DNA of 63,990 nucleotides, the filler included, from Octopus bimaculoides (Eukaryota), in assembly GCF_001194135.2 (NCBI RefSeq). It is 5 parts of 5 records of this genome, joined end to end, with 100 filler letters (N's around TTAATTAATTAA, not from the genome) between each part and the next. Parts side by side here need not be neighbours in the genome. Positions count along the whole stretch, not along the records: positions 33,606 to 52,543 come from NC_068990.1; 4 more parts are not named here. One strand, 5' to 3'. Under the pieces are notes generated by a model. The model did not search any database. It was not told the DNA's origin and worked only from the letters and a program-made list of their open reading frames with translations. How positions within the stretch are numbered: the stretch's first letter is position 1; the number at the start of each line of letters is the position of its first letter. The translations under genes were made by a program, and so were the position numbers. Below, piece by piece: positions 35,066 to 48,017 of the stretch.

Positions 35066-35945
35066 AATAGCAACTTTTTTACAACAGGCAAATGTTGAAA
35101 TATATGAGATTAAAAATTTATACAATGGTGCGAACTTAATTACCAAAATTACCTATTAGTTTGTCTAGTAATTTTAATAACATTTAAGTTGGTAGAGTAA
35201 AATTTAAAGATTTGGCTGCTATTTCTACCAGTTCAAACAACTTCATAGCTGTGCTCTCGTTGGTTATACTTACCAAAGACCCTTTCTCCATCCTTTTATT
35301 CGAATAGAAATTCTGTTGTTTAATTTGAGAGTGAAAGCGTGTACATACTGTCTCCCTTCACGGGAACGCATTTTATTGTAAGGGCATGTATAATTTTCAT
35401 ATAATATTGGTTTCAAATCTTGGCAGAAAGCCAGCAATTTCGGAGTAAGAGATGAGTTGATTATATTGACCCAGTGCTCAACTGGTACTTATTTTATTGA
35501 CCTCGAAAGAATGACAAGCAAAGTCGACTCCTGCGACATTTGAATTTAGAACTTTATGGCGGAAGAAATGCCGCTAAGCATTTTGGTTCGGCGCAGTAAC
35601 GATTCAGCCGGCTCATCACTTTTAATTTTCATACATCTCAGAATGGTGGTAGCGGAGCCTTCTCTTCTTTTCAAGCTACACTTACAGTAGGAATTCAACA
35701 CAGTACAACAACCTAACGGAACAGCTGTCAAATTTATTATTCTCCTCATGCTAACAGCAGCAACTCATTCTATTTTCGGCTGAGAATTGATTGGCTATTG
35801 ACAGAGTTACATGCCTTTGGTATGGACACGTCGAAGTACTGGATGGCTGCAAAATACACTTAACTATGATACTACCTAAGTGAAAATATGTGTAATATAT
35901 ACAAGAACTACTTTTTAAAGCTCCATATATTAATTATGTTAATAG

Positions 35946-36346
35946 TATATTCATAATAACCAAAAGCAAATATGCAGTGTTGAATACAAATTAGTCAATA
36001 TTCTGTTTGGTGAGACGGGAGACAATTCTGGACATGTTTCGTTTTATTCTAACTCCATCAGCGAAACATTGCCTTCACCGTATTTGCCGATAGTAATGAA
36101 TGATTCACTAAATGGTCGGCTTCAAAAATTAGAATTATTCTTAAATTCTACAATGTAACATTACATGTACTCACCAAAAGAGATACAAAGCAAAACCAAC
36201 TCTACACTATCTTTTCGCCAGTAATCTTATCACAAGATCACGAAAGTGATACTGGAAAGAACAAAGTAATACGTGCTCCACCAGTCACTCAATCTCACGA
36301 TGTTCTTTCCTCAGGTACAACTTTTTCGTCCAAAATTAACAGGTGA
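35946..36346 (+). pseudogene. Coding-like segment, two overlapping open frames of about 70 and 80 codons
   Basis: Frames ...LFGETGDNSGHVSFYSNSISETLPSPYLP... and ...SPVILSQDHESDTGKNKVIRAPPVTQSHDVLSSG...; no splice signals or family recognised. Confidence 0.3.
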
Positions 36347-37443
36347 ACGTCGGAGATTTAAACAGTGATTGATACTAAAACGAAAATGTCCGTTAGTGAC
36401 CCGTTCTTAGTCATTTTCCACTTCTTGACATAATGACTGACATCCTCCTAATATCTGGCGTTGCAGACAAGCTATTTACCTCTCTCGAAAGCGAAATAGG
36501 ATTAATCTCATTATTCCAAATGCCTACCATCGCTGCAAATGGGGCCAAGAAGTCCTTGTGATGGGAAAACTGGCTGCGCTGAGGATGCTTTTAGTAATGT
36601 CATTCGGTGCGACATGGCGCGAGTAACCTCCTGCATTTTGACAACAAGCAAGAGGGTTTAGACATCAATAACAGTCAGAAACGTCAAAATAATGTACAGA
36701 AAGACAGTTATGACTGAAATTCTAGAAATATTTTGTAAACAAGTTAGAAAGAACTATATCCACAAAATATGGATGAAACTCGAATTGTTTTAGTTCGTTT
36801 TACTAAAAGAACGAGATATTCATGTTCATATATAATTATGAGTCTTTTTTTCTCTATTTTCCAAATCTAATACTTTCATCAAATGCTCGCTGATGAAAGA
36901 TAAGTCCAGAAAGATATAAAAGATATATATATAAGTATAATGACATAATTTTATTTTTATTTTCATTGAGATATAAATGATATGTCTCAAACTTTATAAC
37001 AGGCGAAATAGTGAAAATATCGAATAGGAAAGAAAAAAAATCTAGAATGTTTTATGTATTACCATTATTAAATCTTTCAATCTCCTTCCTTTCATTTTTT
37101 TCTATCTATTTCATTCTTTGTTTAGCCTCCATTCTTTCTTTTCAATTCGTCAGTCTTTCCATTTTGTCTTTATTAAATTCATTTCATACTTTCTTTCTTT
37201 TCTCTGTCCACCTTCTATGACCTTTGGGCTTTTTCTCGTTATGCCTATTTTTTCTTGTTGTTTTTTAATAATTCATCTTTATTTATTGTCATTTCGTCTC
37301 ATTCACTTTCTTCTTTTTTCCACTTATCGATTTTTATCCACTTTCCAACTTTATATTTAACAATTTCTATCTATCATCTGTGTATCTCTCCTCCCCTTTC
37401 TCTATCTACCTGTCTATCTCCCCTTCCTCCCTTCCTCTCCTCA

Positions 37444-37444
<1 letters not shown>

Positions 37445-37510
<66 letters not shown>
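37445..37510. repeat. (TCTA)n microsatellite, representative of dozens of TA, TG, CA, CT, TACA, TAGA, TAC and CAG tracts
   Basis: Direct reading. Confidence 0.95.
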
Positions 37511-37511
<1 letters not shown>

Positions 37512-37672
37512 CATCAGTTTGTCTGTCTGTCTCAACTTTTCTTGCATTTATCTTTAACTCTCTACTTGTGCGTCACGTCTTCTCCCTCTCCCTTTTCCCC
37601 CCTCTCTCTCTAAATCTATTTGTCTATTTGTCTATCCATTTTTCTATTTATTTGTCTCTTGCTTGTCTAATC

Positions 37673-37858
37673 TACTGCTCCGCAGCCTTTTTACACTTGC
37701 ACTACACTTATATACTTTTCAAAACTCAGCGGCACACCCGAACTAAAAATATAACTAAAAGTATAGGGGATAAAATTATATTTCGGTTACATTGCAGCAC
37801 ACCTAGCATCGTCTCAAGGCACACAAGTGTACGGTGGCATACCGGTTGCGGTGCACTG
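37673..37858. mobile_element. hAT-Charlie-like MITE
   Basis: Termini TACTGCTCCGCAGCC / GGTTGCGGTGCACTG; near-perfect 8-bp TSD GTCTAATC / GTCTAAGC, resembling the NTCTAGAN target. Confidence 0.7.
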
Positions 37859-37920
37859 GTCTAAGCTCCCTATTTTTCTTGACTCTTTCGTTAACTCCCT
37901 ACCTAATTTGTTCTAACCCC

Positions 37921-37995
<75 letters not shown>

Positions 37996-38800
37996 TCTCT
38001 CTACTTTTAATATTTATTCATGTCCTTCTCTCCTTCTTTATTCTTTTCTCCTTTTCTCGCCTGTTTCCTTCTTTCCTTTAATTTTCTGTTACTTCGAACT
38101 CTTTTTCCTTCATCCATTGTTTCTCTCCTCCCTATTTTATCAATCATTTTTGTTTTACTTAAACTCTCCCCCTCACCTCTCCCTTTCTCTCCCTTTCTCG
38201 CTCTCATCTGTCCCTGTTCTTTATCTTTGTCAACTTTGCCTTACTTTTTTTGTTCTCATTTCTTCCGCTCATTCTCACCGACTTCCTTATTCGTTTTGTA
38301 TATCCTTCTATAATCCCCTCCTTCCTTCCTTTTGTAGTTTCCTACCTTTTTGCTCTCACCTATTTCGCCTACTGACTTTCTTACACTCTACTATTATCCA
38401 ACATGTCCCTTAGAACAAGGAACGTGTCGGATAATGCAACCCTGGGTTCCCTTCACAGAGGAAAACAACAGATGATTTGAGCCGCAGTTTTTTTCATCAT
38501 ACATTTGCTCCATTTCGTCATTTCCTTTAGTTTTCTTCTCTCGATCTTTCTTTTCCTCCCTATTTCTCGCTTTTTTTTCATTTTATCTTTCTATCTGTCT
38601 ATCTATCGATCAATCCGTCTGCCTGACAAGTAGATTGTCAGATAGATTTACATACATACATACATATTTGGTTAATAAAATCAAGATACGATAAAAATCT
38701 TTTACAAGAATTTTATCAGGAAGCTAGTGTGTAAAAAAAAATTCGTAAGGGAAATTTCTGTTCCCAAAATTCGTTTATATATATATATAAATATATATAT

Positions 38801-39190
38801 AAAGGGCATTACTACAGAATAATGCCACACACCAGACTTCCCAGATAAACACATTTTAGTACCGAATGCGAGGAAAAGCAACCTTCGAAAGAAACCAACA
38901 TTAAAAAAAAAAAACTCAACTATGTATCGACCGATTTTTCACGATTACCAGAATGAAATCTAGTTTCCGCTCGTCAGCATAGTATAGTATCAATATATAT
39001 AAAAATAAACAAAATCCTCACCTTACCAAAACGAACACCTTATGTATCCGACAAAGCAAAGGGAATGATGCTTATTTATATACATCTCTGCAAAAAAAAA
39101 GCGGGAATCTTGCTTTTCCTCGCATTCGATACTAAAATGTGTTTATTTGGGAAGTCTGGTGAGTGGCATTATTCTGTAGTAATGCCCTTT
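38801..39190. mobile_element. MITE with 81-bp TIRs, inserted in (TA)n
   Basis: 38801-38881 and the reverse complement of 39110-39190 differ at only 3 positions. Confidence 0.9.
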
Positions 39191-39216
39191 ATATACATAC
39201 ATACATACATGCATGC

Positions 39217-39247
<31 letters not shown>

Positions 39248-39401
39248 TAGATAGATAGATAGATAGATAGATGTTATTTTTCTCCAGGTCAGCTTTGAAG
39301 TTTGACTTGGAGTTGAAAAACAACAGTAACAATAATGATGACGACGACGATCAGTGCCATGGGTTAATGAAGGTTAATGAATGATACTTGTGGCTGCTTA
39401 T

Positions 39402-39995
39402 CCAGCTAGAACTAGTAGCCAAAACTCCCTCAGATGACATCCTTTAGTCTTCGAAAAGAACACATTCGTTAATATATCGCCGGGTTCACGACACAGGGGA
39501 AAAAGACAGGGTGGTCATGGCTGTCAAAGCTTTGATCATAGTTCTACTTGATCAGGGACGACCTAGGGTTAAACAACATCAGCAACATCTACGACTTCCT
39601 CGTGGTCAACCAACTTGCTAGAAACAGTAGGCAAATATTCCTCAAGGCACGTTGAATAATGTAACCAAAGATTCCTTACGGGAACAACAGACACGATGGT
39701 CATAGTTGGAATGCTTTTGATCATAGGTTCATTGAATAAAAGTTTGACTTGGAGTCAAGCTGCAACAATTATTACTGCAACGAGCCAAGGAGGGGAGCCT
39801 GCATGTGGTTAGTCTACCTATAAGAAATAGCAAGCAAATATCACTTAACTGTAGTATAACATTTTAGAAAAAGTCAAGTTGGATAACATGGTCTAGGGTT
39901 CCTTACGTATAGGAAAAAGCGAGATAGTCACGACTGGAAAGCCAATAGTCATAGTTCTACTGAAACAGATAAGCTGGGACTAAACAACAACCCTG
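39402..39995 (+). repeat. Three tandem diverged copies of a roughly 200-bp dispersed repeat
   Basis: Each has an AGAAATAGCAGCCAAAT-like start and a GGTCATGGCTG...TTTGATCATAG...TAAACAACA-like end. Confidence 0.6.
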
Positions 39996-40186
39996 ACAAC
40001 AGTATACATCTCCCGCATCTCTCTCTCTCTCTCTGTCTGTCTCTCACTTTCTCCCTCAATTCTCCCTCTCTTTCTCTCTCACACATTACACCACCCTCTA
40101 ATAAAGGCTCTACATCAGCATTCTCTTTCACGATTAGAATTGCTAAGCACGTAATTCCGACACCAACCATGTGACAGGTAGCTCAG

Positions 40187-40298
40187 GTATTCCACAAAAG
40201 AATCTGAAGTGGCCCAGAAGAAATCTTATGCAGTTAGCTCCATTGATATGCAAGCACATACATTGTTTCGTGTGTCTAATGCCGAAAATGAACTCCAG
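40187..40298 (+). CDS. Possible exon ending at a strong donor
   Basis: Donor CTCCAG|GTAAGT at 40298/40299. An open frame reads YSTKESEVAQKKSYAVSSIDMQAHTLFRVSNAENELQ. The acceptor context is poor. Confidence 0.25.
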
Positions 40299-40449
40299 GT
40301 AAGTCACATTGAAAGCAAGCATTAAGGGTATTTCATGATATATATATATNNNNNNNNNNNNNNNNNNNNNNNNNNNNNNNNNNNNNNNNNNNNNNNNNNN
40401 NNNNNNNNNNNNNNNNNNNNNNNNNNNNNNNNNNNNNNNNNNNNNNNNN

Positions 40450-40492
<43 letters not shown>

Positions 40493-40709
40493 GTTGAAAT
40501 AACCACTGTTGTTGCTACTCAATTCTGAGTTGTTTGACTGTCTCTGATGCAGCTGCTGCTGAGGTGTCTTTCACTGTTGGCTCTGCAGCTGCATTTGTCA
40601 CGGTTGCTGCAAACGTTGCTGTTACTGCAGCTGCATGCAGATGCTGCTGTTGCTACTTCTCCGCCACCACAACCGCTACCTCCTCCTCCTCCTCCTCCTA
40701 CTACTACTA

Positions 40710-40753
<44 letters not shown>

Positions 40754-40835
40754 GCTACTCATGCTACTGTTATTGCTGCTACTACTCATGCTGTTGCTAA
40801 TACTGCTGCTGCAGCTGTTGCTGCTGCTGCTGCTG

Positions 40836-40875
<40 letters not shown>

Positions 40876-40915
40876 CTGGATCACAATGTTGTTGTTACTG
40901 TTGTTAATAGCTTGA
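40450..40915. repeat. Compound trinucleotide tract (TAC/TGC/CTC)
   Basis: Direct reading; homopolymeric ORFs in all frames. Confidence 0.9.
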
Positions 40916-41574
40916 AGGGCATGGAAAAAAGGAACAAGACAAAAAGACATTGACTGCGGCACGAAAGAGAGAAAAAGTAACAGAAAAAAAGGGAGAAAGC
41001 GAGGAAGAATGGAAGAGAGAAAGAGAAAAAAATGGAGAGCGTGTTTGGGATTTGATTGGCCCCCGGGATAAATAATTAGTAGACATTTTGTTTTTAACAT
41101 AATGCCATGTAAATGTAGTGCATACAGCATTGGGTTAGCAGAATGGATTATATAACATCGATAAAAATACATATTGATATTTAGTTACATACACTGTACA
41201 TTCTGAGTTCAAATCCTGTCTAGATCAACTTTCCCTTTGTTTTTCCCTTCCGGGATCTATAAAGTAATGTACCAGTCAAGTATGATTATATTCACCCTAC
41301 TACATCATTTGAGATCTTGTTTCAGTGTTAAAAATCAATAGTGATTTTTAGTAGGTCCCTGAAGTATATAAGAGTGCATTGTAGGTCACGTTTGATTCCA
41401 TCTCTATCGAGTTATTTCACTTCACTGATTTAAAATACCAGTCGTGTTGCCAAGTCCAAGATCAGTCTTAATCAAACAGACCTCAGTATGATAAAAAGCA
41501 TTCCAGCCGTGACCATCTGTATTAATTCCTATATGCAGTTAATCCAATAACACATATCTAACATGTTCCTTTTC

Positions 41575-42525
41575 AGTATGGAAGGCTGAGATTTTCTGGA
41601 GATTCTGCTGCTACTTTTAGTATGAATACAAGATTCCTTAGAAATGACAGCAATATGCCATTTAGCCAGGGATCCAAGACCTCATTCAGGTGATTGCAGT
41701 AGACAGCTGTGGTCACTTTAGCCCCTTCAAGTACCTTGACTGGGTCAACAAATCTGTCCCCAATGATACCAACCCACAACACGACTCCTCCACCCTTTTG
41801 TTGACGTTGTAAATGTTCCCGACGCTCATCTCCAAAACAGACTCAATCATTTGCCCAACCGTCAGGTTCGCCGAGGGTCGCCCTCGTTTCGTCAGTGAAG
41901 AGAACACAACTCATGTCAAACGTCATGTACTTTTGGGCCCATTGAAGTCTTAAACTCCTGTTAAAGGAGGCAGTTTCAGGGGTCCTCGTACGGAAGCCAT
42001 GGTCCCGAGGATGCAATTTGTGGTGGTTTTCTGTACATGAGGAAGTCCAGAAGCGGTGGAAATGGCTTTGCTTGCTTGTCCAGGTTTCCACGTAACTTGT
42101 GGCCAATATTCCTTAAATCGCTAGCTGTCACAGTTTTGGAGGTCCCACAATTGGATCGTTTCTTCCTTGGCGAAGGGCTCTTCAGAAATCGTCTAACCGT
42201 GTCCACATGACGACCTAACTTCTCCGCAATGACATGAAGAGGGGTGCCTTTAGCACTTTCCTTGATGATGACTGACTTTTCTTCATCGTTAAAGCCTTTT
42301 TCTTATCCCATTGTTCTTAAAGGGGAGAGACGCTATTAGCGTGCTTCACCCCAAAACTGAATAATTTGAAATAAAAAAGAAGGGCGTTTACACAGAATAA
42401 TGAAAACATAACAATGGTGTTACCACAGTGTGCAAACCAGCTGGAAAAAATTTTATCAAAATCGATTCCAACAAAACCGAGAAATCCTAATTTTCACTCC
42501 TAAGCTATTAGCGTGGTTCTGAGTG
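41575..42525 (-). mobile_element. Tc1-family transposon, 5' part with TIR
   Basis: RLQWAQKYM..VLFTDETRATL.EPDGW and MLWVGIIGD..V.PVKV; terminus TA|CACTCAGAACCACGCTAATAGC on the minus strand (TA at 42526-42527). Confidence 0.85.
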
Positions 42526-43189
42526 TATATCAATAAAATTTGTTTGATAAGACTGACATGTTCGTCTGCTATAGTCACTACACTCTCCTCCTTCCTCAAC
42601 TAGCCCTACAAAGATCTTAGCGTTCAATAAGTGATAAATAAATGAAAAATATGACGCTGATTGTCTGTTGGTATCTGTGTGTGTGTATGTGTGTGTGTGT
42701 TTTAAGTATTGAGTTGCAGCAGTAAATTCCTAGTGTACAAAGTCGGGGGTCTTGATTCAATTCTCGGATAAAGAGTCTTCACTTATATTACTAATGTGAA
42801 ATAAAAGCGTGAATTTCACATCTCAGTTATCATCTTCTATAAAACGAATACGTTATTATTTCATTTGGCTATTGTTGATTTGATCTAAAGCCTGGGGGTG
42901 TTACTATAGCATTTGCGGGCCCTTTAAGCCCGGTGAGACCGGTATGGTTGATGTTTCTCTTGCAGTTTCAAATTGATGGTAGCATTAAAACATTAGGTTA
43001 GATACGGTTCCGGAGGGTTGATGTTCTAGGGAAGAAAGACTGGGGGAAATCTTAGCGTAAGTGTGGGAGCTTAAGGAATGGATACATTGTAGGCTAACTT
43101 GCCCCTAATCATACAGAAACCAATGTTGCCACGGTACCAGTGGGTTCAGGTAAGATCTGAAAAGTTCGATATTGCAAGATATCCATATC

Positions 43190-43720
43190 AACTGTTTACC
43201 AGCTGTTTAGCCCCAAGATGTTTAGCAGCATTTCGTCCGCCTTTACTTTCGGTGTTCAATTTCCGCCGGGGTCGACTTTGCCTTTCGTCCCTTTCGGAGC
43301 AAGTACTGGGGTCGTCGTAATCAATTTCCCTCTTTCCTCAAATTGCTGGACTTGTGCCAAAGTTTGAAATCAGTATCATGTTGCGGGTTTAGGCAGTAGC
43401 TGGAGAATCGTTAACACGCCGGGTAAAATACTTAACGACATTTTTTCCGGCCTTACGTGCTGAGTTCAATTTCTGCCGTAGTCGACTTTGCCTTTTATCC
43501 TTTTGAGGTCTATGAAATAAGTACTAGTTAAGTACCGGGATCGATGTAATCGACTAGCCTCCTTCCTACAAGATTTCAGCCATTGTGCCTAAAGTGGAAA
43601 GAATTATTATTTCGTGAGCTGGCCAAAAGGCGGGGAGCTGGTAGACTCATTAGAGGAGTATTGACTCTGACTTCTCGTTCTGAGTTCAAACTTTGCCAGA
43701 ACCAAATTTACCTCGAGGGT
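43190..43720 (+). mobile_element. Head-to-tail cluster of three Deu/Nin-like SINEs
   Basis: The core GTCGACTTTGCCTTT occurs near 43272 and 43480, with a truncated copy near 43670. Confidence 0.65.
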
Positions 43721-44543
43721 CGACACAGTATAAGTTATCGACTAATACCATGCTCTCAAAATTGTTTGCCATGCGCTTAAATCATAAGCAATTATTTTTA
43801 TTTAGCCCTAGGTCAACCCTGATTGAGCAGAAATACAGTCAAATCTATTCCAGCTATGACCATTCTAACTTTTTAATTACTTTTTGATCTACATTGTCCA
43901 ATATGTCTTTTTTTATATTTAAAGCAATACACCGTAGTTTGAAGGAGATTTGGCTGCTATGTCTAGAGGTTTGAGAGGTCATGTGGAAATTCGCTCTTTC
44001 GGTGGACTGTGATATTGTTATTGTTGTTTAACCCCACATTAGCCTTCCTTTTAGCAGACCCATGATCAAAGGCATTATAAACATGACCATCCCGTCATAT
44101 GTGGAATGCCTTTGATTATAGGCCTATTATTCTTGTTGGTATTGTTGATGTTTTAGGTTTAAGTCAGCCATGTCTGAGCAATTATATCGTCAAAAATTGA
44201 CAACCAAATATGTGTGTGCATGTATATGCATGTGTGTGTATATGTGCATTTATATGCATGTGGGTGTATGTGTATGTATATACATGAGTTTGTGAGTATG
44301 TGAATGTATATTCATGTGTGTGTGTGTGTGTGTATTTGTGTGTTATACTTTTTACTTGTTTCAATCATTGGATGGCGACCATGCTGGAGCAACACATCCA
44401 AGGGTTTTAGTCGAACGAAACAAGCACAGTACCTTTTTCTTTTTTAAGTGTAGTACTTATTCTATCAGTCTCTTTTGCCAAATTATAGCTAACGGCGACA
44501 TAAACAAACCAACACCAGTTGGCAAGTGATGTGAAGGAACAAG

Positions 44544-44577
<34 letters not shown>

Positions 44578-44765
44578 CACACACACGTGTGTGTGCGCAT
44601 GCACGCGCACACATATATATGACGAGCTTTTACCCAGTTTCCAATTACAAAATTCACTTACAAGGAATTGGTCGGCACGGTGCTGTAGTAGAAGACACTT
44701 GCCCAAGGTTTCCGCTTAATGGGACTGAAGCCGAAACCACACTTGTGCATGCATGTATGCATGTA

Positions 44766-44809
<44 letters not shown>

Positions 44810-45937
44810 ATGGATGGATGGATAAGACTTCGTGATCAAATGCTATTCGTTTTCTTTTAATGACAGTAATGCATAAGTTGAAGAGAATTTCGGGACTACT
44901 TCTAGAGGGTCGAGAGGTCATTAGGTCAAAGATGTTTGGTTCTTCTGCATGAGGTGGCATGGGGGGTAGCATTAATTATGATTGCTACAACAACTGCAAC
45001 TAAGTNNNNNNNNNNNNNNNNNNNNNNNNNNNNNNNNNNNNNNNNNNNNNNNNNNNNNNNNNNNNNNNNNNNNNNNNNNNNNNNNNNNNNNNNNNNNNNN
45101 NNNNNNNNNNNNNNNNNNNNNNNNNNNNNNNNNNNNNNNNNNNNNNNNNNNNNNNNNNNNNNNNNNNNNNNNNNNNNNNNNNNNNNNNNNNNNNNNNNNN
45201 NNNNNNNNNNNNNNNNNNNNNNNNNNNNNNNNNNNNNNNNNNNNNNNNNNNNNNNNNNNNNNNNNNNNNNNNNNNNNNNNNNNNNNNNNNNNNNNNNNNN
45301 NNNNNNNNNNNNNNNNNNNNNNNNNNNNNNNNNNNNNNNNNNNNNNNNNNNNNNNNNNNNNNNNNNNNNNNNNNNNNNNNNNNNNNNNNNNNNNNNNNNN
45401 NNNNNNNNNNNNNNNNNNNNNNNNNNNNNNNNNNNNNNNNNNNNNNNNNNNNNNNNNNNNNNNNNAAGAGGAGGAGGAGGAGGAGGAAGAGGAGGAGGAG
45501 GAGGAAAACGACAACATGAGCGACGAAGGCGACGATGACAATGATGATGGCGTTGATGTAATTGCTGCTGCTGATAATGATGATGATTGTGACACGATAA
45601 AGATAAAATATTCTTCATTACTTCCAGTTGCACCCCTTAAATATCTTCCTCTGACATTTTTCTTATTCTCTCTTTAACATTTGTCCTCCCACTTACCATC
45701 CTGTCGTCAATATATTTATCTTGTGTGTATGTTTGCGTATGCATATGTATGTGTGTGTGAGGGTGTGTGTGCATGTGTGTGTATGTAAAGGTGTTTGTAT
45801 ATATATATATAATATATATGTATGTCTATGCATGTATATATATGTGTGTGTGTGTGTGTACCTACACACACACACACACACACACTCTCTCTCTCACACA
45901 CACACACACACANNNNNNNNNNATATATATACATACA

Positions 45938-46135
45938 CAGTAATCCCTCGCTTTATCGCGATTCACCTATCGAGCACTCTGTACATCGCAGATTTTTCTG
46001 GCTAATATATGGTAATTTATATCGCGGACTCCTCACTGTATCGCGGGTTTCTGCGGTCGATAGGTATTTATATATTTTTAGATTTTAATTATTTCTGTGA
46101 GCGGTTTTGGAACGTAACACCCACAATAGTCAAGG
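45938..46135 (+). mobile_element. Tigger/pogo-like terminus
   Basis: CAGTAATCCCTCGCTTTATCGCG followed by repeated TATCGCG motifs; the second TIR was not found. Confidence 0.55.
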
Positions 46136-46431
46136 GATTTCTGCATATATATATATATATATCATACACGTTCACGCACATTCAGACGTATAGAATTAAA
46201 TATATTGTTAGTTATGCGCGTGCGCGCGTGTCTGCGTATATGAGTGAGCACGTGAATTATGTTTTATTACTACATGGAATGTTAGAATATCTTTTCATTG
46301 GTTAAAATTCTTTGAGATGTGGAATGACACCTTCATATCGGAAATCATAATTGAGGCTTTGTAACTGCAACAGTAGCAGCAACAACAACAAACACAGGAG
46401 CAGCAGCAGCAGCACCACCACCACCACCACC

Positions 46432-46480
<49 letters not shown>

Positions 46481-47229
46481 TATGTTAAGAGTGACGACAC
46501 TAACACTTACTGAAAACAGACATAGCAACGGCTGGCTGCGACAGCAGTAACAACTGCAACGGCAGTGTCAACTGTAACTCAACTGTCGTGCAGCTGTAAT
46601 GGCAGTAGCAACTGTAATAGCAGTAGCAACTGCAAATGAAAGAGCAGTAGCAACTGCAAATGAAAAAGCAGTAGCAAGAGCAGCAGAAATGCCGCCGTAG
46701 ATTCAAAGACAAATACTATGAATAGCAGCGTCGTTAGCTGTTGTCATTGTTGTTTAGCTCTAAGTCCGCCCTGATCCCGGAGACTTATCATCAAATGAAT
46801 TCCGACTGTGTCCATTCTGTCGTTATTTTTCAAGACATAATTTTATCATGGACTACGTAATCTAATTTGTCTTTTATATTTAAAGAGGGTTAATAGGGTG
46901 TGACGGGAATGAGATTTACCTGCCATTTCTTTCAGGTTAAGTGTCTACGTAATGGTTCCAACATTCACTCAGTGGTGATGTTTTCGATGTTAGTGTTGTT
47001 ATCACTGATGTTCTCATTTAACTCCAGGTCAATACGAGGAGAGCTATTGTGTAAGGCGTTTCTTCTGGAGCCAACATCTTTATTACGGGGTCTGGAGGAC
47101 TTCATTATCTAATGTGGCTTTTGATGTGATTTCTGGGAAATTCGATTGCTAGTTTTTGCAGGTCGAGTAACCATGGTATAACGCACGCACTCACACACAC
47201 ACACACTCCCCCCTCTCTCTCTCAGAGCA

Positions 47230-47660
47230 GTGACTTGTATTCTCCCTTCTGTCTCATAGCTACAATTCTGATGTGTGATCTCTTTTCTCTTAACAACAGT
47301 TGCAATCTGTACACATCTTTCTATAACTGGGATTTGTACACCTCTTATTATCTAATTACATTTGCTATCTGTGTTCCCCATTACATTACCTCACTATATT
47401 TGTCATCTGAAATCTCTCTATTACCTCAAAACCATTGTGGGGATCTACACTCCTTCTGCTCCCTAACTACAGTGATGTCTTATACTCAGCCTTCTGCCTA
47501 ACAACATTTGTGATCTGTACTCTTATTACCTAACGTCTATTGCAATTATCTGCACTCTTATAACCTCACTACCATAGTGGTGATCTAGTAATCTATATTT
47601 ATCCTATTACCTCTACAGCAGTGACTTATATTCTCCTTCTACCTAAATAACATACCAAAT
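47230..47660. repeat. Degenerate minisatellite with a 35-45 bp unit
   Basis: Recurrent ATCTGTAC(A)CTCTTATTACCT(A/C)A motif. Confidence 0.5.
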
Positions 47661-47951
47661 GCGTATCAGCTGGAGGTTCATCAGCTACAGTACACCAAAC
47701 CTCTTCGAAGTTCAGCTGTTTAAATAACGTATATCACCACCAGTACTTCCTCAGAATGCTCTGCTCACCTCCTCCGGTGCTGCTTGTCAACTTCTGTGTT
47801 ATCCAACGTGTAATACTGCACAAAACCGCCTCACCTACCCCTTCACATTATGTTCAACAACATTCAAAGCCTGAATCCTTCTCCTGACAGCGTGACTCGC
47901 AAACCCATACATCGAACCTCCACCGTTCATTGTTATTCCCCTAAGAATATG

Positions 47952-48017
<66 letters not shown>

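Noticed and set aside
40450-40915. Poly-Thr, poly-Leu and poly-Tyr ORFs
   Set aside because: Trinucleotide microsatellites open in several frames on both strands, with no splice or start context.
46590-46700. 24-bp repeats reading AVATANER/AVATANEK
   Set aside because: Part of a CAG/TAG-derived low-complexity tract with stops nearby; no exon boundaries.
47769-47815. Minus-strand 47-nt exon candidate (YYTLDNTEVDKQHRR) with GAG|GTGAGC
   Set aside because: Weak pyrimidine tract and no compatible neighbouring exon; such matches are expected by chance in 64 kb.
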